This document shows, in pieces, positions 34,377-50,559 of a stretch of 64,000 bases of DNA. The translations under genes and the position numbers were made by a program. The notes below the pieces were generated by a model, which saw only the letters and a list, made by a program, of their open reading frames with translations, searched no databases and was not told where the DNA came from. The DNA is taken from NCBI RefSeq assembly GCF_009914755.1, contig NC_060935.1; one strand, written 5' to 3'. The first letter of the stretch is position 1. Each line of letters begins with the position of its first letter. Origin of the DNA: the human T2T-CHM13v2.0 reference genome, Homo sapiens.

Positions 34377-35055
34377 TGCACTTCAGAGGTTTTCTATAGG
34401 GTGGAAGAAACTTACAGATTGTTATTTCAGACTTGGCAATTTAAAGTTTACTGGGATATTTTATCTCTATATAAATCCCACGTATAACTCCTTACATTTG
34501 GTATATTCAAGGGACCCAAAATATTTCACAAACATTTGTATTCTTAAGTATTCCTGAATTTAAGGAAAAGAGAAGGGAAAAGCTGAATTATAGAAGGGCT
34601 CAGGAATTTACCTGTTGCCAGCTAATTACCAAGCGACAGAACTGGGACCAGAAACTAAAGAGTGGGTAATTTGTGTGCTCATTAAATCCCATCACCAGAC
34701 CTCCCTTAACTGATTAATCCTTTCTGCTGATGACTCCCTGGAGTAGAGTGAGATTCTGCAGTGCCTCTGGAGTCACTAAATAATGACTGGAGTCTTCAGC
34801 TTAAGGATGGTGTATTTACTGAATTCTTATTCATTGAAAAATAGCAAACTGTATGATAACTCCCTACTAACCAGAATATTTTATTAGCTAGTTCACCTAC
34901 TATGCTGCAGTTTATTGTACTATATCACCTTCATTAAAATCCACTTCTATATCACTCTCAGTGTGTGAATCATATATTGAGGTGCCTCGGCCTCTTTCTG
35001 GGATAAAGACGTTAGTCCCAAATACATAATTTAGTTCTCAAAACTTAAAATGTTG

Positions 35056-35356
<301 letters not shown>

Positions 35357-36194
35357 TTAATTACTCATGAATTCCTGTGTGTCCCACCTTATATTCTAAT
35401 TCCCTGTTCATTTTATGCATAATTCCTTCCAAATCTATGAAATGTTCCCAGACACTGTGTTGGGAAAGCAAGTGTGGGACAGCAATGTGAACTATTAGTG
35501 TCTTGTCCTCCTCTCCCGATTTTGGTCCCCATTTCTAGGTCACAGGCAGTGTTCCCGTTTTCAGGAATTGCTTCCTTTGCTAAAGAATGTTGCTGTCCTG
35601 TGCCGACACCATTGGGGTGGTTTTGAAAGTTCCCCACTGCGTTTGCCATCCCTGCAGCTAAATGCTTTTGCCAAAGAAATAATTTATTTCCTGATTAAAT
35701 ATTTAAGATTCTATAATTCTAAATTATACCAAAACTACAAATATTTTGAATTTTTAAATTGTTCTACTTCCAAGCAGCTGAAAGTAATTACAGATGTCAC
35801 CACATTCATTTATTCAGTCACTTATTTATGCATTCATATAATAAATACTTATTGAGCATCTATTATGTGCCAAACATTGTTCTAGGCACAGGGGATACAG
35901 CAGTGATCAAAACAGACAAAAATCCCTGCCTTTAAGAAGCGTTGAGCAGTAATTCCCCAAAGGAGATCTGCAGACCCTGAGGTCTCTAAGACACTTCCAG
36001 GGGGTACAGGAGGCCACAACTATTTTCATGATAATACTGTGGCATTATTTGCCTTTTTCAGCATGTTGACTTTTGCACTGAAAGTACAAGAGCAACAGTG
36101 GATAAAGCTGCTGGTGCCTCAGCACAAATGCCCCCAATGTCCCAGAGGTCATTGTGTTGTTTACCATCTCATGAGTGAAATAAGAAGATAAAAG

Positions 36195-36345
36195 GGCTGG
36201 GCACAGTGGCACACCCCTGTAGTCCCAGCTACTTAAGAGGCTGGGGCATGCGGGTCACTTGAGCCTAGGAGCTGGCTGGAATGAGCTGTTTGTGCCAGTG
36301 CACTCCAGCCTGGGTGACAGAGCAAGACTCCGACCCAAACAAGGG
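36195..36345 (+). mobile_element. Alu monomer
   Basis: Monomer within Charlie1a. Confidence 0.85.
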
Positions 36346-36726
36346 AGAGAAAGCCAGTTTTGCTTAAGAATGTTCTTAAGAAAGCAGTAAAACGTGTTAA
36401 TTTATTATATCTCAACCTTGAGTCTGCATCTTTTTCATATTTTGTGTGATGAGATGGGACGTGTACACTGAGCACTTCTGCCTTGCAGCAAAGTTCGATG
36501 TCTGTCTCTAAGACTAGAGCCTGTGTGAGGTGGAGCTACTGAGTTGTGAACCACAGTAGCTGCTTTTTTCATGAACACCATTTTTACTTCAAAGAGGGAC
36601 TTCCAGACAAACAGGTTATTTAGACTCAGGTATTTGGAAGGTGTTTCCTTAAAATTGAACAGAGTTACCCTATCAATTCAGGGAAAACAACTTAATATTG
36701 GTTGCCAATGATAAATAAAATTTGAC

Positions 36727-37010
36727 CTTTTTTTTTGTTTGAGACAGAGTCTCGCCCTGTTATTCAATGGCGTGATCTCGGCTCACTGCAATCTCCATCT
36801 CCTGGGTTCAAGTGATTCTCCTGCGTCAGCCTCCTGAGTAGCTGGGACTACAGGCACCCACCACCATGCCTGGCTAATTTGTGTATTTTTAGTAGAGACG
36901 GGGTTTTACCATGTTGGCCAGGTTGGTCTCGAACCCCTGACCTCAGGTAATCTGCCCACCTTGGCCTCCCAAAGTGCTGGGATTACAGGCATGAGCTACC
37001 ACACCTGGCC
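36727..37010 (-). mobile_element. AluS
   Basis: Antisense dimer, TSD aaaatttga. Confidence 0.9.
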
Positions 37011-37624
37011 AAAATTTGAGCTTTTAAGTAAAAATTAGAATTTTGGAAAACTTGCTTCTGTCACTGAAAGCTTAACAGCTTCCCAGTTCTTAAAGACTTT
37101 TCTGAAGAAGTCAGAAGTGATATTAAACATTTTTAGTTTTTTATATTGTATAATATGTAACATTTGAATATTTTCTAAATGACTAATGCATGAGTTTACA
37201 AAATCATGCTGGATAAAAGATCCTTTCAAAGAACAAAATAGACCAGTGGATTGGGTTTTTAACTTTCTATTTTAAAATACTTTTAAATGTATCCAAGAGA
37301 TGCAGGGTTAGTCTAAAGAGTTCCTGTATACCCCACCCAGCTTCTCCCAACACTAATATCTCTCTTAACCATGGTACATTTATCAAAACTAAGAAATTAT
37401 CATTGGTATGATACTATTAATTAAATTCGACTTCAGATTTCCTAGTTTTTTCATTAACGTTCTTTTTCTGTTAATTGGATTTTAACATATAAGAGCACAA
37501 AAGTCTTATTGATATTATTTAAAATTCTACTTTGGAAAAAAAATTTTTACTTTGCAACTAATCTTTAGGAAACTACCACTTAGAGAGTTAATGGTGTAGT
37601 ATCAAAGGAAAATAGTCCACAACT

Positions 37625-37935
37625 GGCTGGTCACAATGGCTCATACCTGTAATCCCAGCACTTTAGGAGGCCAAGGTGAGAGGATTGTTCAAGCCCAAGA
37701 GTTCAAGACCATCCTGGGCAACACAGCAAGACCCCATCTTTACCAAAAATAAAAACTATCTGGGCATGGTGGCATATGCCTGCAGTCCCAGCTATTTGGG
37801 AGGCTGAGGCAGGAGGATTGCCTAAGCCCAGGAGTTCAAGTTTACAATGAGTTATGATCACACCACTGCACTCTACCCTGGGCAACAGAACGAGACCTTG
37901 TCTCTAAAAATAAAAAATAAAAAATAAATAAAAAA
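37625..37935 (+). mobile_element. AluJ
   Basis: Dimer, TSD tccaca. Confidence 0.9.
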
Positions 37936-38134
37936 TTCCACAGTTGTCTGAAAAGGCTGTTAAAATGCTCCTCTGTTTTCCAACTGTATATCACTTTGCG
38001 TCTGGATTTTTTTCATATACTCAACCAAAGTAATGTTTTGCAACACATTGAGTCCAAAATAGGAATGAGAATCTAGTTGTTTTCTATTAAGTCATTCATT
38101 AAAAAGATTTACAGAAATGTAAAACTATGCCATC

Positions 38135-38905
38135 TCCCTCATACACTGCTGTTGGGAATGTAAAATAATGCAGCCACTGTGTTGTTTTGTTTTGCTTTTG
38201 TTTTTATTTTAGAGACAAGGTCTTGCTGTGTTGCCCAGGCTGCTCTCAAACTCCTGGCCTCAAGCAATCCTCTCGCCTTGACCTCCCAGTGCTGGGATTA
38301 TAGGCTTGTGCCACCATGCCCGGTTCTCAAAAGGTTAAAGACTGAGTAACCATATGACTTAGCAATTCTACTCCTAGGTATGTCCACAAGAGAAATGAAA
38401 ACACACAAAATCTAACATGCAAATGTTCATAACAGAATTATTCACGAGCTAAAAAGTAGAAACAATCCAAGTCCATCAACTGATCAATGGATAAATAAAA
38501 TGTGGTCTAGTCATACAGCTTCGGAATACTATTTGGCAATAAAAAAGAATGAAGTACCTCCATGCTCCAGGTGGATGAACCTTGAAAACATGATGCTAAG
38601 TGAAAGAAGCAAGACACAAAAAACCACATATTGTATGATTCCATTTATATGAAATAGGCAGATCCCTAGGGTCAGGAAATAGATTGTAGTTGCCAGGGGT
38701 TAGGGGTGGGGGTGGGCAGACTGCAGAGGGTGATAATTAAAGAATATGAGGTTTCTTTGTTGAATGATGAGAATGTTCTGACACTGACTGTGGTGATGGT
38801 TGCACAGCGCTGAACATAGTGAAAGCCATTGAATTGTACACTTTAAATGGGTGAATTGTGTGGTATTTGAATTATATCCCAGTAAAGCTGTAATTTTTTT
38901 AAAAA
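38135..38905 (+). mobile_element. L1M 3' end inserted in Charlie1a, with antisense Alu monomer at ~38180-38324
   Basis: TSD aaaactatg; ggatgaaccttgaaaacatgatgctaagtgaaagaagc. Confidence 0.85.
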
Positions 38906-39146
38906 ACTATGTCTTCTCACTAAATTATTTTTGTTTGGGGAACATATATTTTTCATTTTAAAACTTTGTATGTAAACACATAATAGGTTTATTGTTAATT
39001 TTAAATGGATTAATAAATATTTTAAAATATCTGTTTTAATTCATAATATGGTGACTATTGATAGATAAACCTACATAAACAAAATATTGATAGATATACC
39101 TACATACACAAAAGCTATTTGGGATTCTTTCTAAAAGTGTAAAAAG

Positions 39147-39477
<331 letters not shown>

Positions 39478-39850
39478 TTATTGGTTTTCTCTTTGCTTCT
39501 TTGTTTTTTGTTTTTGCAATCAGAGTTAACTTACCATTCAGTTTAAAATAATGTTTTATAAGATGTTATTTGCAAGCCTCATGGTAACTGCAAATCAAAA
39601 AACCCTAAAACAGATACACAAAAAATAAAAAGCAAGAAATTAAAAACATACCATCAGAGAAAATGACTTTCACAAAAAGAAAGACAAGAAGGAAAGAAGG
39701 AAGGAAGATAAGACCACAAAACAACCAGAAAACAAATAACAAAATGGCAATAGTAAGGCCTTACTTATCAATAATAACATTGAATGTAAATGGACAAAAT
39801 TCTGCAATCAAAAGACGTGGAGTAGTTGAATGCATTAAAAAACAAGACCC

Positions 39851-40485
<635 letters not shown>

Positions 40486-41052
40486 TGATCCAAACATCTA
40501 TCGCCTACGAGAATCACACTTGACCTGTAAAGACACATAGAGACTAAAAATAAAGGGTTGGAAAAATATACTCTATGCAAATGGAAACAAACAAAAAAAA
40601 AAAGAGTAGGAATAGCTATACTTATATCAGACAAAATAGATTTCAAGACAAAAATTGTAAAAATTGATAAGTTCATTATATAATGATAAAGGGGTCAACT
40701 CAGCAAGAAGATATAACAATTGTAAATATATATGCACCTAACACTGGAGCACCCAGATATATAAAGCAAATATTACTAGAGCTAAAGAGAGTGTTAGACC
40801 CCATTACAACAATAGCTAGAGACTTTAACACCCCACTTTCAGCATTGGAAAGATCATCCAGACAAAATAAAGAAACATCAGACTTAACCGCACTATAGAC
40901 CAAATGGACCGAATAGATATTTACAGAACATTTCTTCCAATGGCTGCAGAATACACTTTTTTTTTTCATTAGCATGTGGATCATTCTCAAGGATAGGCCA
41001 TATGTTAGGTTACAAAACAAGTCTTAAAACATTCAAAAAAAAAAAAAGTTGA

Positions 41053-41397
<345 letters not shown>

Positions 41398-41498
41398 TCA
41401 ATAGCAAGGAATTTTGAAAGCAATAGGCACACATGGAATTAAACAGTATGCTCCTAAATGACCAGTGGGTCAATGAATAAATTAAAAAGGAAAATTGA

Positions 41499-42069
<571 letters not shown>

Positions 42070-42720
42070 AAAGAGTTGTTTTTTGAGAAGACAAAATGGA
42101 TAAACCTTTAGCCAGACCAAATAAGAAAAAAAGAGAGAAGACACAAATAAATCAGAGATGAAAAAAGAGGTGACTGACACTGCAGAAATTCAAAGGATCA
42201 TTAGTGGCTGCTATGAGCAGCTATATACCGATAAACTGGAGAACCTAGAAGAAATGGATAAATTCCTGGAAAGATACAACCTTCCAAGATTGAACCATGA
42301 AGAAATTCAAAACCTGAATAGACCAATAACAAAAAATGAGCTAGATGCCATTAACAAAGTCTTCCAGCAAAGAAAAGCCCAGGCCTTGATAGCTTCACTA
42401 CTGAATTTTACCAAACATTTAAGAAGAACTGTTTCAAAAAATAGAGAATAATTCCAGACTCAATCTATGAAACCAATATTCCTCTGATACCAAAACCAAA
42501 GAAAGTGACAGGGCAGTATCTCTGATGACCACTGATACAAAAATCATCAAGAAAATACTAGCAGAGTTCAGCAACACATTAAAAACATCATTCATCATGA
42601 CCAAGTGAGATCCCAGGGATGTGCAAGGATGGTTCAGCATACACAAATCAATTAATGTGATACATCATATCAACAGAATGAAGGACAAAACCCATGTGAT
42701 AATCTCAATTGATGCCAAAT

Positions 42721-42845
42721 GGCTGGGTGTTGTGGCTCCCACCTGTAATCCCAGCACTTTGGGAGGCCAAGGTAGATGGATCGCTTGAGGCCAAGAATTT
42801 GAGACCAGCCTGGGCAACATGGCAAAACCTCATCTCTAGGGAAAA

Positions 42846-42879
<34 letters not shown>

Positions 42880-42884
42880 TATAT
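42721..42884 (+). mobile_element. Alu left monomer with A/(TA)n tail
   Basis: Monomer in L1. Confidence 0.88.
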
Positions 42885-44955
42885 TCTGAAAAAGCATTTG
42901 ATAAAATTCAACAAGGCTTCATGATAAAAATCCTCAAAAAATGGGTATAAAAGAAACATACCTCAACACAATAAAAGCCATATATGACAGACCTATCACT
43001 TGTATCAGACTGAACGGAGAAAAACTGAAAGCCTTTCCTTTAAGATCTGGAACAAGACAAGGATCACCACTTTCACCACTGTTATTCAGTATAGTACTGG
43101 AAGTCCTAACTAGAGCAGTCAGGCAAGAGAAAGAAATAAAGGCATCCAGATTGGAAAGGAAGAAATCAAATTATCCTTGTTTGCAAATGATATGCTCTTC
43201 TATGTGGAAAAACCTACACTTCACAAAATAACTATTAGAACTGATAAAATCAGTGAAGTTGCAGGATACAAAATCAACATACAGAAAATAGGTAGCATTT
43301 CTATATGTCAACAGTGAACAATCTGAAAAAGAAATCAAGAAAGTAATCCCATTTACAAGAGCTACAAATAAGATACCTAGGAATAAACTTAACCAAAGAA
43401 GTGAAATATCTCTATATTAAAAACTGTAAAACATTGATGCAAGAAATCTAAATAGACACACAAAAAATGGAAAGATATTCCATATTCATGGATTGGAAGA
43501 ATCAATATTGTTAAAATGTCCATACCACCCAAAGCAATCTACAGATTCAATGCAATCCCTATCAAAATACCAATGACATTCTTCACAGAAATAGAAAAAA
43601 AAATCCTAAAATGTATATGGAACCACAGAAGACCCAGAATAGCCAAAGCCATCCTGAGCACAAAGAACAAAATTAGAGAAATCACATTATCTGACTTCAA
43701 ATTATACTACAGAACTATAGTAACCAAAACAGCATGGTGCTGGCATAAAAACAAACACCTACACCAATGGAAGAGAATAGATAATCTAGCAATAAATCCA
43801 TACATCTACAGTGAACTAATTTTCAACAAAGGTGCCAAGAACATACACTGGGGAAAGGACAATCTCTTCAATAAATGATGCTGGGAAAACTGGATATCTA
43901 TATGCAGAGGAATTAAACTAGACTGTTGTCTCTCACTATATACAAAAATCAGATAAAAATTGACTGGAGACTTTAATACCTGAAACTATGACACTACTAA
44001 AAGAAAACATTTTTCCAACTGCTTTGGCCACTAAAATAATAAAAATAAAAGAAAACATTGGGGAAACTCTCCAGGAAATTGATCTGGGCAGAGATTTCTT
44101 GTGTAATACCTGGCACTGGCAACCAAAGCAAAAATGGACAAATGGGATCACATCAAGTTAAAAAGCTTCTGGGCCAGGCACGGTGGCTCATGCCTGTAAT
44201 CCCAGCACTTTGAGAGGCCAACAAGGGATCCCTTGTCCATCTGACAAGGGATTAATAACCAGACTATATAAGGAGCTCAAACAACTCAGGAAAATATCTA
44301 ATAATCCGATTAAGAAATGGGCAAACGATCTGAATAGACATCTCTCAAAAGAAGACCTACAAGTGGCAAACAGGCATATGAAAGGGTATGTAACATCATT
44401 AATTGTCAGAGAAATGCTAATCAAAACTACAATGAGATATCATCTCACCCCAGTTAAAATGGCTTTTATCCAAAAGACAGGCAATAGTGAATCCTGGTGA
44501 GGATGTAGAGAAAAGGGAACCCTCGTACACTGTTGGTAGGAATGTAAGTTAGTATAGCGAATATGGAAAATAGTATGGAGTTTCCTCAAAAAACCAAAAT
44601 AGTCCCATGTAGCACTATTCACAATAGCCAAGATTTGGAAGCACCTAAGTGTCCATCAACAGACAAACTGATAAAGAAAATGTGGTACATATACACAATG
44701 GAGTACTATGCAGCCATAAAAAAGAATGAGTTCCTGTCATTTGCAATAACATGGATGGAACTGGAGGACATTATGTTAAATGAAATAAGCCAGGCACAGA
44801 AAGACATACTTTGAATGTTCTCACTTACTTCTGGGAGTTAAAAATTAAAGTCATGGAGATAGTCTAATGATGGTTACCACAGGCTCATATGGGCAGTCGG
44901 GCAGTGATGATAGTTAATGGATACAAAAACATAGAATGAATAAGACCTGGTATTT

Positions 44956-45075
44956 GGCCAAGCATGGTGGCTCACGCCTGTAATCCTAGCACTTTGGGAG
45001 GCTGAGGTAGGAAGATTCCTTGAGTCCAGTAGTTTGAGACCAGCCTGAGCACCATAGTGAAACCCCATCTCTATT
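44956..45075 (+). mobile_element. Alu left monomer
   Basis: Monomer in L1 3'UTR. Confidence 0.88.
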
Positions 45076-45085
45076 TTTTAAAAAC

Positions 45086-45393
<308 letters not shown>

Positions 45394-45754
45394 TAATTAT
45401 AAAAATTTTTTTAATGTTTTAAAGATCTGATATTTGATAGTGCAACAGGACGATTACAGTCAATGATAATTTATAGTACATTTAAAAATAACTAAAAGTA
45501 TAATTGGAATATTTGTAACATAAATAAATGATAAATGCTTGAGGCGATGGATACCCAATATAACCTGATGTGATTATTACATGTTGTATGCCTGTACCAA
45601 AATGTCTTATGTACCCCATAAATATATATGCCATGTACCCATAAAAATTATTAGTTAAAAATTGAAATAAAGAATAAATGAAAAATAACAGCTTATTTTC
45701 AGACATCCAAGAAACCCCAACAAATTTCCTCAAATATCACTACAATACTCTTAA

Positions 45755-45888
45755 TTTTTTTTTTTTTTTTTTGAGAATGGGATCTCACTATGTTGCCCAG
45801 GCAGCTCTTATACTCCTGGGCTCAAGCTATCCTTCCACCTCTGCCTCCTTAAGTGCTGGGATTACAGGCATGAGCCACCACATTCAGC
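45755..45888 (-). mobile_element. Alu left monomer
   Basis: Antisense monomer. Confidence 0.87.
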
Positions 45889-45909
45889 AATAATACTGTT
45901 AAATATCTA

Positions 45910-46278
<369 letters not shown>

Positions 46279-47280
46279 TTAAAATAATATTAATATTGGA
46301 TATTTTAATGTGCTATGTTACTTTAGTATTAAATATAAATGGTTTTGCTTCTATACTGCAAAAGAAGATATACTGTTATATAGATAAACAAATGATACAA
46401 AAGTATATTAAAAATAATTTTGAAATTGGACCCTGGTTGGTAGTGCCCCAGGCACCTGGAAGAAGCAAATACTGGAACCCATGAAAGCTAAACCCCTGGG
46501 GAAGGGTAGGAAAGATGAGGACAGTAGTGCACCATGCTTGAAAGGGCTGGGCTGGGCTGGGCCTGGCTGCGATCCCGTGACACACTGCACTCCGCATCCT
46601 GCTACCTGCACACGCAGATTACTTCTAGCGAATTTGAAATTCAGATAGTGAATTTGGGATACAAAGTTTTACAGGTATTTAGAGCACATACTTGGGTGGT
46701 GAGAGTTCATATAATCATATAATGAGGCTACTGCTGTTGGAAGGTGATGTCCTATAGTGACAATAACTAAGATAAAGGGGACCGAGAGGGCTGGGGTGGA
46801 GGAAGTTAACGGATTCCCTACGGTGGTCACGGTAGACCTGGTTGAGAAGATGACATTTACCCAAAGACTTTGAGGGAGGTGAGGGCCATGCAGGTATCTG
46901 GAGGAAGAGCCTTCCAGGCAGAGGGAAGACCCAGGACCAGGCCCTCAGGCCTTCATATTCTGTGAATATATGCTCTGAGCTGAGAAATCTTAAAAGAACC
47001 CTAAGCACTGATTACTTTTTTCAACTTTTATTTTGGAAAAATCTCAAACGTGCAAAAGTAGACGAAGTAGTTTACAATTCCCTCGAACCCCTTACTAAGC
47101 TGCAGTTGTTATCAACTTATGGCCAGTCTCGTTTCGTCTGTGTCCCCACTGTTTCCCTTCACCAGTGTTATTTTGAGGCAATCCGTACATCATAACATTT
47201 CACCCACAAATATGTCGATATGTATTTCAAAAATGTAGGCAGTATATTTAAACAAAACCTCGATACCATTATCACACCTT

Positions 47281-47575
47281 GGCCAGACGCGGTGGCTCAT
47301 GCCTGTAATACCAGCACTTTGGGAGGCCAAGGGGAGCGGATAACTTGAGATCAGGAGTTCAAGGCCAGCCTGGCCAACATGATAAAACCTCATCTCTACT
47401 AAAAATACAAAAATTAGCTGGGCGTGATGGCACTCACCTGTAATCCCAGCTACTCAAGAGGCTAAGGCAAGAGAGTCGCTTGAACCTGGGAGGCGGAGAT
47501 TGCAGTGAGCCGAGATCACACTACTGTACTCCAGCCTAGTCGACAGAGCAAGACTCTATCTAAAATAACAAAAAC
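47281..47575 (+). mobile_element. AluS within an antisense L1M fragment (~47010-47700)
   Basis: Dimer. Confidence 0.92.
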
Positions 47576-47784
47576 CTTAATATCACAAAATCAGTGTTCA
47601 AATTTCCAGTTGTGGCATGAATCTCATAAATGTGTGGGTCTTGTGGGAGAGAGTGGCTGTTGGTTTTGCTTTTTATAGTTTATTTGATGCATTCGGTCTT
47701 CAGTTGCCACTATAGCACTCGAGCTTCCGGGTGTCCTGAGGCCCTGGCCTGTGTGCGGGCTGGCTGTGTGCTTCTGCTGATGTT

Positions 47785-48159
47785 ATTTTATTTTTGCTGT
47801 TTTTTGAGACAGAGTCTCGTTCTGTTGCCCAGGCTGGAGTGCAGTGATATAATCTTGGCTTTTGTTTTGTTTTGTTTTTTTTTGAGACGGAGTCTCGCTC
47901 TGTTGCCCAGGCTGGAGTGCAATGATATGATCTTGGCTTATTCCAACATCTGCCTCCTAGGCTGAAATGATTCTCCCACACAGCCTCCTGAGTAGCTGGG
48001 ATTACAAGTGCACGCCACTATGCCTGGCTAATTTTTGTATTTTTCGTAGAGACGAGGTTTCCCAGTGTTGCCCAGGCTGGTCTTGAAGTCCTGAGCTCAG
48101 GTGATCCGCCCACCTCAGCCTCCCAAAGTGCCGGGATTACAGGTGCCACCACACCCAGG
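47785..48159 (-). mobile_element. AluS with duplicated 3' end
   Basis: Antisense dimer, TSD cttctgctgat. Confidence 0.9.
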
Positions 48160-48432
48160 CTTCTGCTGATTTTATACCCAGCCTTCCCCCTATGGCCATT
48201 ACCCATAGGCAGCATCGCTATATAATGACATAACCATCAGGGCTCCACTTCCTTGGTCTCATTTTGGCCTCATGAGTGGCTGAGGCGTTTTTCCATGTGT
48301 GGAGTTTTCCCCTAAGGGTCAGCACCGCGGCATAGTACCATTTCAACAGAAACAGCTCCCAGAGTAATCACAGCTTTGCTGAAGACACGTGAGAGATGAG
48401 CAGCTCAAAAATTTGTCATTAATTATAAACAG

Positions 48433-48812
48433 GGATGAGTGTGGGGCTCAAATCTGTAATCCCAGCACTTTGGGAGGCAGTGGCAGGAAGATTACTTGAG
48501 CCGAGGAGTTCAAGACCAACCTGGGCAATGTAGCGATACCCCATCTCTACAAATAAAAAATAAAAACGGTAAAAATAATGTTTCAATGAACAGCTCCTTG
48601 TTTACAGATTTGCTTCTTTTTAAAACTCATTCCTGGCCCAGCCTGGTGGCCTATAATCCTAGCACTTTGGGAGGCTGAAGTGGAAAGATCGTTTGAGCTC
48701 AGAAGTTAAAGACCAGCCTGGGCAACATAGTGAGACCTCGTCTCTCTTTTTATTAAAAAAAAAAAAAAAAAAGAAGAAAAAGAAAGAAAGGAAGGAAGGA
48801 AAGAAAGAAAAA
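48433..48812 (+). mobile_element. Two Alu left monomers, the second with a (GAAA/GGAA)n tail
   Basis: Monomers at ~48433-48565 and ~48635-48812. Confidence 0.85.
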
Positions 48813-49723
48813 AATCATTCCCTCCAAGTTCATGGGATCAAGGGAGAAAAAAGAAAATAATATATAAAAATCATGCCCTTAGAATTTATTTTTTTGGATT
48901 ACAATTTTTGAATAGAAATGTTTCTTTATTGCCAGGCTACTTTCTAAAAGGGTTATTGTAATTTACTTTGCTTCAACAATGAATGAATTTGGAAATTCTA
49001 CCACATCCTTACCAACTTTGGATGTTGTGGGGTTTTTTTTATTGGTATTAATTTTAAAACTGATTTTTTTTTAGACAAATTTATTCAACACTGTTTATTT
49101 GTGTGCTGGGAATCATACTGAACAAGACATATCTTTGTCTCATGGATCTTGAAGTTTAGTGAGATTCAGTAACTGGCAGTAAGAGGGCTGTCTAACCCAA
49201 ATACAAGGTTTGGAGGCGGGGAGGTTACAGAGGAAGTTCCTGGGAAAAAAAAATTCAGCTGAGACCTGAAAGATGAGTTGGTTACTTGTGTTCAGAAGCC
49301 AAAAAAAGCATCCAAGAAGAGAAGAAAAGCACATGAAAAGGCCCAGAGACAAGACAGTATGCCTGGGGAGTCAGAGGGAGGATCACTTGAAGTCAGGAGT
49401 TCGAGGCCAGCCCGGCCAACATGGCAGTAAGAGGGCTGTCTAACCCAAATATTAGGTTTGGAGAGCAGGGAGGTTAAAGAGGAAGTTCCTGGGAAAAAAA
49501 AGGAACAGTGGGCAGGGAGGGTCTTACACACCCTGGGGACTGACACTACCGGCCTCTTCCCCAGGAGTGCTGGGAACTCACAGACGTTAACAAATCATTT
49601 TGCTGTGATAACCTTTTATGCACCCTACAGCATCATATATGTAAAATCAGACTTATGGTAGAGGCTTGATTCAAATAAGTACAATAAAGACTCATGAAAT
49701 ATTTGGACTGGTAAGAATGTTTG

Positions 49724-50047
<324 letters not shown>

Positions 50048-50112
50048 TTAGAAGTTGTTTGCAAACATAGTATTTCTTTTGGTCTGATTTTTGGTGACAC
50101 AGCTTTGACAGA

Positions 50113-50559
<447 letters not shown>

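Larger units (their letters stand above)
35947..39146 (+). mobile_element. Charlie1a-like hAT DNA transposon fossil, nearly complete, interrupted by Alus and two L1 fragments
   Basis: CAGT start; degenerate transposase motifs KVRCLSLR (~EVRWLSRG, ~36490) and SEKAVKMLLCFPTVYHFASGF (~hAT dimerisation motif, ~37947-38009); colinear with recalled consensus. Confidence 0.82.

Noticed and set aside
36350-38130. Possible domesticated hAT transposase
   Set aside because: No long ORF; motifs degenerate and interrupted by several insertions
38696-38716. G-quadruplex motif ggggttaggggtgggggtggg
   Set aside because: Ordinary G-rich tract of an L1 3'UTR
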